Part shown: piece after piece, positions 11,996-23,542 of the stretch
How the letters are laid out: each line of letters starts with the position of its first letter
How positions within the stretch are numbered: position 1 is the first letter of the stretch
DNA from: Gammaproteobacteria bacterium
GTDB lineage: Bacteria > Pseudomonadota > Gammaproteobacteria > GCA-002705445 > GCA-002716945
DNA length: 64,000 nucleotides
NCBI GenBank assembly: GCA_038142325.1
Contig: JAYQJW010000002.1
Location: 619,328-683,327 of the forward strand
Reading direction: 5' to 3'
Made by a program: the position numbers and the translations under genes
Notes under the pieces: model-generated
What the model was told of the DNA's origin: nothing
What the model saw: the letters and a program-made list of their open reading frames with translations, nothing else
The model's database searches: none

Positions 11996-13033
11996 TGAAA
12001 TATAAATAAATACAATCTCATTTTCAAAATTAGATATTTAATTATAATTTATAACTCAATTGAATATAATCTTTAGTATTACAATTACAAATAAGTAAAT
12101 ATTAAGCTATTAAATACACGGATTATATTTTTTCATAAACATAATTTTAATTAAGTTATAAATGATTTCTATAATTAGTAATAATTAACAAAGTTTGAAG
12201 AAAAATTATAAAGAAGGTTTGATTAAATCCAAATTATTTTTTTCTGACTATTAGTATAAAATTATTTTTTAATTGTTCTATCCAATAAAATTTAATATTA
12301 TCAATTTTAGGGAGTAATGGAGAGTCTGTAATTAAATTACCAAAAAGAATAACACATGTATAACAAGTTTAGAAATGAGATTTATCTGTTTCCGTGAAAA
12401 TTTCTGATCAACTAAAATGCTTTCCATTATGCAGTCTTACAAACTTGATTTAGTGATTTCACAATATGCAGAAAAAACCAAAGGATCATCGGATCTTCTA
12501 ATTTGATAAATTCATTGCCTGGTATAGATAAATCTGAAAATATTTATGATTAAGTATGAGAAGCAAAAAATAAGATTTTATTTGAAAATACTTGAATAAT
12601 AAACAAACTGTGATGTACTTCTATATTTATTCCAATTCACTAAATCATAAATGATAGTGTCACATTTTTATTAAGTTTACAGGTACAGTTGGATCATTTT
12701 TGTTGCACATGATGTAATTAAAATGCTTTATAAATAATATGATATTATAACTATTATATTTTTGAACATAAAACCCATGTTGTAGTATCATATAAATATG
12801 GATATATTATATCATAAGGTGAAAATAAATATTTATCAAATATTAAAATGTATTTTTTATAAATAAGAAACTATTTTTCAAGGATTGATTGCAGATGAAA
12901 TAAATAAGTTGGTTTATTTGAAAAAAAGCTAACTCTTTAAGTACAAACTGCATTTGAATCTTTGTAACGTTTTTAGAAAAAAAATTAAGGATTTTAAAAT
13001 AATTTTGATTCGTGAAGATCAAATGGCACTTAA

Positions 13034-13288
13034 CTAAGTAAATGAGATAAAAAAATTAATTAGTTCAATCCAAATCAAAATACCAAAATAACTTGAGACA
13101 AAAAATGAAATCAGAAAGATTATATAACCTAATCCTTCAGAATTATATTTTTGATCGTAGTTATGTTCTGTAAATTCACCTGTAGGATTGCCTCTAGCTT
13201 TAAGATAGAAAATTTTACCAATAAACATTGAACCAATAAGTATTGAGATTATTCCTATCCAAGTTATTACAGATAAAACGATTGTCAT
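13034..13288 (-). CDS. small hypothetical membrane protein (two TM helices)
   Basis: 84 aa ORF with two hydrophobic segments. Confidence 0.55.
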   Translation of the reverse strand: MTIVLSVITWIGIISILIGSMFIGKIFYLKARGNPTGEFTEHNYDQKYNSEGLGYIIFLISFFVSSYFGILIWIELINFFISFT

Positions 13289-13389
13289 TTATTTAGAAAT
13301 TCATAGATATTAACAATGCCATGAAAAAATCCACATTTGATTCCAACAATGAAATATATCAATACAAATATAAATACAATTGTATTCAT
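13285..13389 (-). CDS. putative 34 aa hydrophobic peptide
   Basis: MNTIVFIFVLIYFIVGIKCGFFHGIVNIYEFLNK; ATGA overlap with the next ORF. Confidence 0.3.
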   Translation of the reverse strand: MNTIVFIFVLIYFIVGIKCGFFHGIVNIYEFLNK

Positions 13390-13415
13390 TATTTTATAGT
13401 AATTATCCAAAATAG

Positions 13416-14828
13416 TTAGTTGTTTAAGGTAAGAACTTGAGACAATGATTCTTTTGCATCACCAAATAACATGCGCGTATTATCTTTAAAGAATAATGGG
13501 TTCTCTACTCCAGCGTATCCCGGCGACATGCCTCTTTTCATTACAACTGTATATTTGCCTCTCCAACATTCAATTACTGGCATACCAGCAATTGGGCTGT
13601 TAGGATCTTCTAAAGCTGATGGATTCACAATATCATTTGCACCAATAACAATAGATAGATCAATATTATCAAAATCATCATTTACCTCTTCCATCTCAAA
13701 TACAATATCGTATGGTATTTGTGCTTCAGCAAGTAAAACATTCATATGCCCAGGCATTCTTCCTGCAACAGGATGTATAACAAATATAACTTCTATATTC
13801 TTTGTTTTAAGTATATTTATAATTTCATTTACAACAAATTGCGCTTGAGCGACAGCCATCCCATATCCCGGAATAATTGCAATTTTTTTAGATGTTGTAA
13901 TCATATTTTTAAATTCATCAATATCAATAGCTTGAACCTCACCCTGCTCTGCATCAGAAGCGGCTGTTGAAGAAGATTCTGTTCCAAAACCACCTGCTAT
14001 GACAGATATAAAGCTTCTGTTCATAGCTCTACACATTATGTAACTCAAAATTGCTCCACTACTTCCAACTAATGCACCAACAATAATTAATAAATCATTG
14101 CTTAACATAAAACCTGTTGCAGATGCTGCCCAACCAGAATAAGAATTTAACATTGAAACTACTACAGGCATATCTGCTCCACCTATAGATGCAACTAAGT
14201 GTATGCCAAAGAAAAAAGATATAGCCAACATAATTGCTAATGGAAGCATGGCTTCATTTATGCTGTTTGATGATATGAAGCTGTTTCCAAAATAAACGAT
14301 AGCCAATATCATGAATAGATTAAGATAATGCTTAGCAGGAAGCATCAATGGATTTCCTGATAACTTGCCGCTAAGTTTACCAAAGGCAATTATAGAGCCA
14401 GAAAATGTAACCATGCCAATAAAAATACCTATGTAAATTTCTATTGAATGTATGGTTTTCTCAACACCTATGTATTCTTGAGTTGGATTTATAAAATTTA
14501 CAAGACCAACCAATACTGCAGCCATACCCACAAGACTATGTAATATTGCAACAAGTTCTGGCATTTCAGTCATTTGAACTTTTTTAGAGAGGATTAATCC
14601 TATCGAGCCACCTAATAAAATTAAGATAATTAAAAGAACATAGTTACTGGATACTTGTGGTCCAAGAAAAGTAGCAATAATGGCAATGAACATTGCGCTT
14701 ATACCATACATATTACCTTTGCGAGATGTCTCTTGGTTGCTTAAACCGCCAAGTGTCATTATAAATAAAACAGCTGAAACAATATATAATGCCCTTACGA
14801 CTTCTATGCTCAGTATTTCAAGATTCAT
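13416..14828 (-). CDS. pntB: NAD(P) transhydrogenase subunit beta
   Basis: [58 protein letters not shown]. Confidence 0.97.
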   Translation of the reverse strand: MNLEILSIEVVRALYIVSAVLFIMTLGGLSNQETSRKGNMYGISAMFIAIIATFLGPQVSSNYVLLIILILLGGSIGLILSKKVQMTEMPELVAILHSLVGMAAVLVGLVNFINPTQEYIGVEKTIHSIEIYIGIFIGMVTFSGSIIAFGKLSGKLSGNPLMLPAKHYLNLFMILAIVYFGNSFISSNSINEAMLPLAIMLAISFFFGIHLVASIGGADMPVVVSMLNSYSGWAASATGFMLSNDLLIIVGALVGSSGAILSYIMCRAMNRSFISVIAGGFGTESSSTAASDAEQGEVQAIDIDEFKNMITTSKKIAIIPGYGMAVAQAQFVVNEIINILKTKNIEVIFVIHPVAGRMPGHMNVLLAEAQIPYDIVFEMEEVNDDFDNIDLSIVIGANDIVNPSALEDPNSPIAGMPVIECWRGKYTVVMKRGMSPGYAGVENPLFFKDNTRMLFGDAKESLSQVLTLNN

Positions 14829-16342
14829 TTTCTAAACATTCCAAGCATTCTTTTTGTTACTGCAAAACCACCAAATATATTTATGCTTGCAATAAATACT
14901 GCGACTCCAGAAAGTATTAAAGATAAAGTATCAGTTGTTGATATTTGAGTAATTGCTCCAATTATAATAATACTACTGACCGCATTAGTCACAGACATTA
15001 AAGGTGTATGCAGTGAAGCTGTCACATTCCATATCACCATATATCCAACAAAACATGAGAGCACGAAAACTGTGAAATGATTCATAAATGATGCAGGTGC
15101 AAAAGCGCCAACAACAAATAAAGATGATAATGCAATTAATGCAGGTAACACTGTCGTTTTCTTTTTTACCGGTTCTGCAGCAGGTTCAATTTTTTTCTCT
15201 TCTTTTTTTGTTGAAACAGACACTTCAATTTTTGGAGGAGGATATGTTATTGAACCTTCGTTAACGATTGTCATACCCCTAATAACATCGTCGTCCATAT
15301 TTATATTTATATTTCCATCCTTGTTTGGAGTGAGCTCATCAAGAATATGATATAAGTTATTAGAATATAGCTCGCTAGATTGCGATGGAAGACGAGAAGG
15401 AAGATCTGTGAATCCAATAATGTTCACTCCATTATAATTCACAATTTTATCTTTTTCACAAAGTTCGCAATTACCTCCTTGTTGAGAAGCTAAGTCAACT
15501 ATCACAGAACCAGGTTTCATAACTTCTACCATTTCTTTAGTAATTAATTTTGGTGCTTCTTTGCCAGGAATAAGAGCAGTTGTAATAATTACATCTACTT
15601 CTGCAGCTTGTTCTTTAAATAATGCCATCTCTGCAGCAATAAACTCATCGCTCATAATTTTCGCATAACCATCCGAACTTGAACCATCTTCATCCAGATT
15701 AACAGTAAGAAACTCTGCGCCTAGACTTTCAACTTGCTCTTTAACTTCAGGGCGAGTATCAAATGCCCTAACAATAGCACCTAAGCTTGTTGCTGTTCCA
15801 ATTGCAGATAAACCAGCAACTCCTGCTCCAATAATTAATATTTTTGCAGGGTTAATTTTACCAGCAGCAGTAATTTGACCTCCAAAAAATCTTCCAAAAC
15901 AATGTGCAGCCTCAATAACAGCTCTCGATCCAGCAACATTTGCCATTGATGATAATGCATCCATTTTTTGTGCTCTGGATATACGAGGAACGGAATCCAT
16001 AGAGAGAACATTAATCTCATCTTTTTTGCAAAGTTCTAAGGAAGACTGATTTACTGCTGGACTAAAAAAGATATAAAGTTTGTTTGGATGAAAGTTTATT
16101 TATTTCATCTTCAGTTGGTTTATTTATCTTCAAAATAATATCGCAGCTGTAGATATCATCAGTTGAAGATATAGTTAGCTCCAGCTTCTTGATACTGAGA
16201 ATTTTCAAAGTTTGATAATAAACCAGCATCTTCTCGATAAATATATCGTAACCAAGCTTTTTTTATTTTAGAGATGGATGATGGAGTTATAGCAACTCTT
16301 TTCTCATTTTGGTTTATTTTCTTTTAATACACCTATTTTCAT
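14825..16342 (-). CDS. pntA: NAD(P) transhydrogenase subunit alpha (N-terminal part frameshifted)
   Basis: MKIGVLKE start at 16342; [34 protein letters not shown]. Confidence 0.94.
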
Positions 16343-16399
16343 AATGTTTTATTATGTGTTTTATTTTCTATTTTTAGACGTGTTTAAGTTTAATCAAAT

Positions 16400-16897
16400 A
16401 ATTTTAAAATATAACTATATCAGTTCTTTCGCATCCAATCTTCAAGAATTTTATGAGGGTTTTGTTTGAAATATTCTTACTTTGCATTGAAGATCAGTAT
16501 TTTTTAGCAGTAATTCTACCACATATCCATTAGGATCTCTAAAATATATTGAAGATATAAAACCATGATCTGAAATTCCTCTTGTTTCAATATTGCTTTT
16601 TTTTTCCTTTTTCAAACATCTCCATCAAAATACTCATACTTACCTCCAGCGCAATATGTAAATCAAAATCATGTTGATCTATAAAATTGAAGGGTTGTTC
16701 TGGTGCTTCAAAAAAAAGCTAAATGAGAGCCGTCTTCCATTTTAAAATGTATGTAAGACTGATGTCTTTCTACCTGTTTTAGTTTTCTTAATTTCAAAAG
16801 CGTTGACAAGAGGAAGTCCTAAAAAATCTTCATAAAACTTACGTGTAGCTTCAGAATTTTGACAACGGTATGCAGCATGATGTAATTTTTTTATCAT
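16400..16897 (-). CDS. VOC/glyoxalase family protein (multiple frameshifts, not in ORF track)
   Basis: manual reading: MIKKLHHAAYRCQNSEATRKFYEDFLGL...DGSHLAFFE...HDFDLHIALEV...DHGFISSIYFRDPNGYVVE; 3' end approximate. Confidence 0.75.
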
Positions 16898-17105
16898 AGC
16901 TAATATTTTATCACGATAGTAGTTAGGTATTAAATATATAGATAGGAAATATCTAAAAATATATAAATTAAATTTTTTTTAAAAAATCTCTTAAGCTAGC
17001 TGTAATAATAAAAAATAAAATCTAGCCTTTTTAATAATACTTTTATTTGATTGAGCTTTGAGAAAATTATATTTTTCGATACCACATTTTGTTTTTATAT
17101 AATTT

Positions 17106-18120
17106 TTAATTTTCATAATTATCAAAAATCATATCTTTTAATTCAATAAACGTTTCTAGATTACGGTTCCGGTTAGTGATATATTCAACATGTTCGAAAT
17201 AGTTTTTATTCTCATCTAATTTTATACCCCATAAACCTTCTACTTTATTTGGTAGTGGTGAAAATTAACATCATAAATAATATTTCTATTTATTTTATCT
17301 ATGCCTAAATAGTTATTTGAAAACCATCTAAATCTCTCTAAATCTTTTCCTTGTTGTGAATTCATATTGAGCCATTTAAAATCCTTTTTAAGATCTAGTT
17401 TGTTAATAGTCTCACCTGGAATTATTTTAGCATCTAACCCTAGTCTGTCCGCATTTATATGATATTTATCTTTCGTTGTATGAATAACTTTCCAAACAAT
17501 TATATTTCCAAAGCTTGGTTTTGCTAAGACATTTTGGATATCCATGTATTCGCTCTTCGCATAATCAGAGATTATTGTCTCTGCACGATGTTTCTGATGA
17601 AATGCAATAGCTTGATATGACACAATCCAAAGTAATGCTGTATATGTAAAAATAATTTTTCTTAGTTATAAGTGCAACAAAAATAAAAATTGCTATGGGT
17701 ATCGTAAATATTGGATCAATGACAGAAACAGTATTCCAGGCAATTCTCTCATTAGAGAAGGGCCAATACAATAGTGTCCCGTATGAAGTAAAAGCATCAA
17801 TAATGCCATGTGTTGCATATCCTATAAATGAATAAATATAGGTATATTTAAAACTTAGATCATAATACTTGGTGAATATGTGATAGAAAACAAATGCACA
17901 AACTAAGCTTCCAAATGGAATAAAAAATAAAGAATGAGTGAAGTGACGATGATACTCTAAGAACAATAAAGGGTCGTTGTTAGATTTAATAAATATATCT
18001 ATATCAGGAGCAAGACCAGCTAATAATCCAATTATACTTGCTATTATAAAATGTGTTTTTTTTTTGCGAAACTGATTGCGAAGCCGTGACGCCAACAACA
18101 CCTTGTGTAAACGGATCCAT
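17106..18120 (-). CDS. membrane-bound metal-dependent hydrolase (YdjM-like), frameshifted
   Basis: MDPFTQG start at 18120; APDID, HRHFTHSL, THGIIDAFTSYGT, SVIDP. Confidence 0.82.
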
Positions 18121-18195
18121 AATTATTTATTACAAGATTTACCAAGAAAAATATCTAATATAATTAATATTTTAAGATCCTTTTTTTAATTTTCA

Positions 18196-18330
18196 TTATT
18201 GAAGGCTAAAATATAAAATAAAAGTAACTGTAAGCGGAATAATTAGCATGAAAATAATTATTGCAGTTATCCATGTCATTGGTTTATCTCTTTCAATAAA
18301 CCCTAAAAAACTTTTACGTTTTTTATTCAT
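18196..18330 (-). CDS. putative 44 aa single-pass membrane peptide
   Basis: MNKKRKSFLGFIERDKPMTWITAIIIFMLIIPLTVTFILYFSLQ, between two co-directional genes. Confidence 0.4.
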   Translation of the reverse strand: MNKKRKSFLGFIERDKPMTWITAIIIFMLIIPLTVTFILYFSLQ

Positions 18331-18341
18331 ATGAATGTATG

Positions 18342-18782
18342 TTATTGCTCAGCATAGTCTTTCAACATTTTAGACACTTCAATAGCATGCATTTCTTCAG
18401 CTTTAATCATTCCTCTAGCATATTCTTCAATGTATATACTTTCATCTTTTACAATATCAAGTAGAAGCTTATATAAATCTACAGCAATTTTTTCATGTTC
18501 AGAACTTTCATTAAGAAGATCTACTGTTGAATGCTTATTTGACTCTTCTATAATTTGAATTTTTAGAGATGGATGTCCTCCTAATCCTGTTACAATTTCA
18601 CCAGCTTCTTGTGCATGAAGTAATGACTCGCTTGCTTGATCTTTAAAAAATTGAGCTAAACTTAATCTATCTCGTCCAGTTATCATTAAGGCATAATGAG
18701 TATATCTCACAACACCTGATAACTCATATTCCATTATTTTGTTAAGTATTTCTATGACTTCTACTGTTTTATTTTTATCCAT
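18342..18782 (-). CDS. bacterioferritin-like / ferritin-like diiron protein
   Basis: LNKIMEYEL, ESLLHA, EHE, EEMH four-helix-bundle motifs; GGAGG RBS supports the MDKNK start at about 18782. Confidence 0.8.
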   Translation of the reverse strand: MDKNKTVEVIEILNKIMEYELSGVVRYTHYALMITGRDRLSLAQFFKDQASESLLHAQEAGEIVTGLGGHPSLKIQIIEESNKHSTVDLLNESSEHEKIAVDLYKLLLDIVKDESIYIEEYARGMIKAEEMHAIEVSKMLKDYAEQ

Positions 18783-18849
18783 AATTTTCCTCCTTGATAT
18801 TTTATAATATATCAAAACAAATAAAATGTTGTAAATATTTTGAATTAAA

Positions 18850-19376
18850 TAGATATGTAATCAATATTTTTTAATTTTTTTTTAATTTTCTCTGAATTTA
18901 CAACATATGCTTTTCTAGCCTCGAACCATATTGGAATATCTTTAGTACTATCACCAATATAATCAAATGCAGTATTATCAAATTTATTTCTTATATATTT
19001 CACTTTGTTCATGCTAATCATATTATTTGTAAAGTTGTACCTACTCTAAAATCAAAGATTTTAAGATAATCAGCAATATAATCTACATATTCATAATATG
19101 ATCCTGAAATTAGTATAGTGCTTATGTAATGTTTCTTATTTATTTTAATAAAATCAATTACTGATTATTAAATGGAATATTAGTTATTGAAAATTGAGTG
19201 TTATCATGAAGAAATTTTTTTGCATATGTTTTTCCTTTGAAAGTTAATAATAATAAAAGCTTTGGAAATAAGTAAAATTTTTAAAAAAAAGAGATTTCAA
19301 TCCAATAAAAATCATATCAGTTTTGATAAGAGTATTATCAAGATCAACAGCTAATATAGATTTTATCTTTGCTCAT
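18850..19376 (-). pseudogene. fragmented HAD-like domain resembling the N-terminus of HAD/UbiA prenyltransferase fusions
   Basis: manual reading gives LAVDLDNTLIKTD, ISGS, FDYIGDSTKDIPIW...AYVV across many frameshifts; no downstream membrane domain seen. Confidence 0.6.
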
Positions 19377-19410
19377 TAGCGTTTAATGATTATTTTATTC
19401 TTCATCTTTT

Positions 19411-19666
19411 TTAAAGGCTTTGTATTTTACCATCAGATAGGTTTTGAAGAAAATCGATTGCGTCTTTACCAGACAAATATTTTAATTCATCATAATCGCT
19501 TTTAGTACTAACGATTTGAATTTTAAATCCTTCGATTGTATTTTTAATATAGTTTTGATCGATTATTGAGAAAGATGATATATTTTTATCTAGTTCAGAC
19601 TTTAATATATATCCATCTTTCTTTGCCATTTCTGATCAAATTTTTTATTTGATCAGATATGCTCAT
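19411..19666 (-). CDS. small protein resembling sigma70 region 1.1
   Basis: 72 aa ORF 19411-19629; upstream ATG at 19666 (MSISDQIKNLI) is one base out of frame; pattern QIKNLI-MAKKDGYI...DQ.YI..TI.GF.IQIV. Confidence 0.5.
19631..19657. repeat. perfect 11 bp inverted repeat
   Basis: TCTGATCAAAT-TTTTT-ATTTGATCAGA. Confidence 0.85.
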
Positions 19667-19677
19667 ACATAGTGACT

Positions 19678-19872
19678 TTATATAGTTTTGACTTGGGTAG
19701 CTCTAATCCCTTTTGGACCATCTTCTGTTTCAAATTCAACTTTATCATTTTCATTAATTGTTCCATCAATTAAATCTGATTGATGTACAAAAATATCTTT
19801 ATCACCCTCATCTGGTTTAATAAATCCATAAGCTTTAGTTGTATCAAACCATTTTACAGTTCCTGTTTTCAT
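19678..19872 (-). CDS. cold-shock protein (CspA family)
   Basis: GTVKWF, YGFI, DIFVH RNP motifs; AGGAG RBS. Confidence 0.95.
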   Translation of the reverse strand: MKTGTVKWFDTTKAYGFIKPDEGDKDIFVHQSDLIDGTINENDKVEFETEDGPKGIRATQVKTI

Positions 19873-20002
19873 AATAGTCTCCTTAGTTATTTAATAATTA
19901 AGAAGGTCTAAAAATCAATGAATTTACGAACAGCAGCTTAATTACACTGATATTATATATATATGATGAAAAAAGAAAAGGTTTAAAAAATTATAGTTAT
20001 TA

Positions 20003-20861
20003 TTACTTTAGTAATTGTGGCATGATATTTTTTAGTTTATCTATTGTCTTCTTATTTATTTTATTTTTTGGAGTAACTAATGATAAATATGCATCTAAAT
20101 TATTTTCTATTTTAGTTTTAGAATATTTTGATAAAAAATCAATAATTAATTTATTTGCTTTTTTTGTGTTGCTTTTGAGAGTTTCTATTACATTTAGAAC
20201 TTCAACGTTTTCATAATTTGGATGCCAACAATCATAATCAGTAATCATGCCTATAGAAGCGTATCTTATTGAAGCTTCTTTGCATAACTTTGCTTCAGGC
20301 ATATTAGTCATACCAATAACATCACATCCCCAATTTTTATATAGCTTTGATTCGGATAAAGTTGAAAATTGTGGTCCTTCAATACATACATATGAAGCAC
20401 CAAAAGTGTAATCTATTGACAGTGAATCAAGGGACAGTTTAGCAATTTGCATTAATGTATCATCTGTTGGTTTAGCCATTGATACATGCACAACAATATC
20501 ATCTTCAAAAAATGTTGATTCTCTTTTTTTTGTAAGATCAATATACTGATCAATAATTACAAAATTACCAGGAACAAGCTCATTTCTTAATGATCCTACA
20601 GATGAGAGTGACAATATATCTGAGACTCCTAACTGTTTAAGTGCGTCAATATTAGCACGATAATTTATGGCTGAAGGAGACAGCTTGTGATTATTTCCAT
20701 GTCTCTTTAGAAAAAAAAATTTTTAAGTCATTAAATTTGCATTCTAAAATAGAACCAGACGGCTTACCCCAAGGGGTGTCAATTTTATGATTCTTAATGA
20801 AAACTAATTCATCAATTTTATCTATACCGCTCCCCCCTATTACTCCTAATATTTGGGTCAT
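20003..20861 (-). CDS. mtaP: S-methyl-5'-thioadenosine phosphorylase (N-terminus frameshifted)
   Basis: LGVIGG, TPWGKPS, NYRANIDALKQLG, IEGPQFST, IGMTNMPEAKL, TDYDCW. Confidence 0.88.
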
Positions 20862-21695
20862 AGTTTTGATTTAATATAATCTAAGAGATTATTTTCAGCT
20901 TTCCATCCAAGTGCTGTTGTTTTTTCTGTTAAGATAGTTGAGTCCATTCTATTGGCCACAGTACCTTCAACATACTCATAATCATCTGAAATCAATTTAG
21001 CAATATTTTCTATGGAGTACTTATCAGGATGTGCTATGCCATATTCATCACCATTACCTTTTTCGGCAATAAGCATTAATGCATTTATAGTATCATTTAT
21101 GTGTGTAAAATTACGAGTTTGCGTCCCTGGTTTGGTAATTTTGAGCTTGATTCTCATTTTTTTCAAATATAAAAATTTTGGCAATAACTGTTGCAAACTC
21201 TCCCTCTTGATTTTCTCTACCTCCATACACATTATAAAAATAAGTAATCGCATATGGTAAATCATTCATTTCACAATAAAATTTTACTAATTCTGAGTTC
21301 TGCCACTTAGAAAATGCATAAGGGCTTAGAAATTTATTTTGACCATCATCTGCAAATTTTGTACTGCTACCAGCATATACTAACTTAGCATTAGATTGTT
21401 TGGCAAACTGGAGTATATTAAGAATTGGTCTAGAATTATTTTCAAGAACGAAATCTATTTTATTCAAGGATTGCTCAACTCTTGAATATTCTCCTAGATG
21501 GAATATTAAGTCATATTTGGGTTCGATTGATAAGATGTCTTTTGCATCTATATTAAGGTATTGAATTCCTTTAATATGATTATCTTTTTTTCCTGAGATA
21601 TAGTTGTCTAACGAAGTAACGTTGTGATTATTCGAATAAGATTCACATAGATGTGAACCTATAAAGCCAGCTCCTCCAATAATTAAAATATTCAT
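20858..21695 (-). CDS. NAD-dependent epimerase/dehydratase (extended SDR), split by frameshift
   Basis: GGAGFIGSHL, SPYAFSK (YxxxK), YNVYG, QTRNFTHIND. Confidence 0.88.
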
Positions 21696-21715
21696 ATAAA
21701 TACAATATTAAATAT

Positions 21716-22363
21716 CTAATATTGTACAACATCCTCATCTATATCTCTCCATAAAAACCAGGTTGCAACAGTACAGTATGGTTCCCATGATTTTTTATGA
21801 ATACAAATTTCTTTAATAAAATCTTTTTTATCAACCCTATAATTTTTACAAAAACTATTAACTAATCCGATATCTCCTAAAGGTAAAATATTTTTTCTAT
21901 TAAAATGAAATATTAAAAACATTTCTGCTGACCACGGTCCTATGCCATATATAGACGTTAAACTTTCAATTGCTTCGGCATCATTTAAATGACTAATCTT
22001 TTTGAAATAATTCGGATCCTTGTCAACTAACTCAGCAATACCTTTAATGTATTTAATTTTTCTAAAAGATAATCCGCATGTACGAAGTATATCATTATCA
22101 ACTGACAAAATTTTTTTACGAGTAACTTTTCCTACAGCTTTTCTTATTTTGCCTTCTATCGCATTTGCTGCTTCAATGGATATCTGTTGTCCTATGATTA
22201 TTTTGAAAAAAGTTACAAACGGATTATTTGTACTTTTTAGTACCTCGCATGTCTTATGCTGTGTAATGAGATTAGATAGAATAGGATCATGCTTACTTAG
22301 ATGATTTATTGCTTCTGACCAATAATATGGTTTTTTAGTCTTATCAATTTTCATAATAGGCAT
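21716..22363 (-). CDS. alkA: DNA-3-methyladenine glycosylase (AlkA/HhH-GPD family)
   Basis: IIGQQIS, GLSFRK, LTSIYGIGPWSAEMFLIF, LPLGD. Confidence 0.88.
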   Translation of the reverse strand: MPIMKIDKTKKPYYWSEAINHLSKHDPILSNLITQHKTCEVLKSTNNPFVTFFKIIIGQQISIEAANAIEGKIRKAVGKVTRKKILSVDNDILRTCGLSFRKIKYIKGIAELVDKDPNYFKKISHLNDAEAIESLTSIYGIGPWSAEMFLIFHFNRKNILPLGDIGLVNSFCKNYRVDKKDFIKEICIHKKSWEPYCTVATWFLWRDIDEDVVQY

Positions 22364-22380
22364 GAGCTAACTCACGCCTA

Positions 22381-22611
22381 TTATAGTTTTTTATTTATTG
22401 GTTTTTGTATGTACTTATCCCAAAAGGAATATATAAAGGGCACCATCCTGTTGTACCTGTTAGTATAGGAATAATACCAATCAGAGACCACATGCCTAAG
22501 TCCAAGGCCTGGACCCATATAAAGAATAGCTATACCAGCTATTACTCTAAGCATTCTCTCCATACCGCCAATGTTAGTACACATTGTTTTTGGTGTTGTT
22601 GCCATGTTCAT
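22381..22611 (-). CDS. DUF2892 (YgaP-like) small membrane protein, probably frameshifted
   Basis: NIGGMERMLRVIAG; the alternative frame continues IGIIPILTGTTGWCPLY. Confidence 0.7.
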   Translation of the reverse strand: MNMATTPKTMCTNIGGMERMLRVIAGIAILYMGPGLGLRHVVSDWYYSYTNRYNRMVPFIYSFWDKYIQKPINKKL

Positions 22612-22669
22612 TCACTCCATAATAGATTAGTTGTAGACATGTTATTAAATTTATAATCTACAAGCAATA

Positions 22670-23045
22670 TTATTTTTTCTTACTTTTATAGTCTTCTATT
22701 GCAGCGCTTATTGCATCTTCAGCCAACACAGAGCAATGAATTTTAACCGGAGGAAGCAAGTTCCTCAGCAATATCTGTGTTTTTGATCATAGATGCTTCA
22801 GTCAGCGTCTTGCCTTTCACCCATTCGGTTAAAAGTGAACTGGATGCAATAGCAGAGCCACATCCATAAGTTTTGAACTTGGCATCCTCTATGACTCCTT
22901 CATCACTGACTTTGATTTGTAGCTTCATGACATCGCCACACGCAGGCGCACCAACCATGCCTGTACCGACTCGGTCATCGTCTTCAAATGTCCCTACATT
23001 TCTAGGGTTTTCGTAATGATCTAATACTTTATCACTGTAAGCCAT
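22670..23045 (-). CDS. iscU: Fe-S cluster scaffold IscU (frameshift near 22750)
   Basis: MAYSDKVLDHYENPRNVG, APACGDVM, GCGSAIASSS; second frame IHCSVLAEDAI. Confidence 0.95.
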
Positions 23046-23080
23046 GTTTTCTCCCTTAAAAACAACCAGTTAAGCCTGAT

Positions 23081-23516
23081 TTAGTTCTGCTGTTTATAAT
23101 AATCGTTTAGTTCGTCTAAATCAATCTCATCAGTTTTTGGTTTAGCTTCATCAATTAAGCTTCCAAGTGTCACTGTATCTAGATAACCAGTAAGCTTGTC
23201 ACTAAATTTACTCCAGACTGCATCATCTGTCTTTTGATGCTTCATCATCAATAGCATTTTCTGGGTTAATAGCCTTAATTATGCTAGCAATGGTGATATT
23301 GTCTGGACTATCTTTAAGTGTATAGCCTCCACCAGGTCCTCTCACTCCACTCACTAAATTATGCTTTCTTAAAAGTGAAAAGAGTTGTTCTAAATATGAA
23401 AGAGAAATTCCTTGATACTTGGATATTTCTAGCAGTGTTTTAGGTGAGCTAGATTCATTTGTAGCAATATTTACCAATGCCTTGATCGCATATCTTCCTT
23501 TTGCTGATAGTTTCAT
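23081..23516 (-). CDS. Rrf2-family (IscR-like) transcriptional regulator (frameshift near 23225)
   Basis: MKLSAKGRYA, ISLSYLEQLF, VRGPGGGY; second frame W.K.S..L..YL..VTL..L. Confidence 0.88.
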
Positions 23517-23542
23517 TTTACATCCTCCTAAAATGATAAGTA

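Noticed and set aside
12736-12816. Imperfect TATGATAT...ATATCATA inverted repeats
   Set aside because: Low-complexity A/T sequence; likely to arise by chance.
11996-22650. Prophage or integrative element at ssrA
   Set aside because: No integrase, phage structural genes or direct repeat recognised; the region includes metabolic genes such as pntAB and mtaP.
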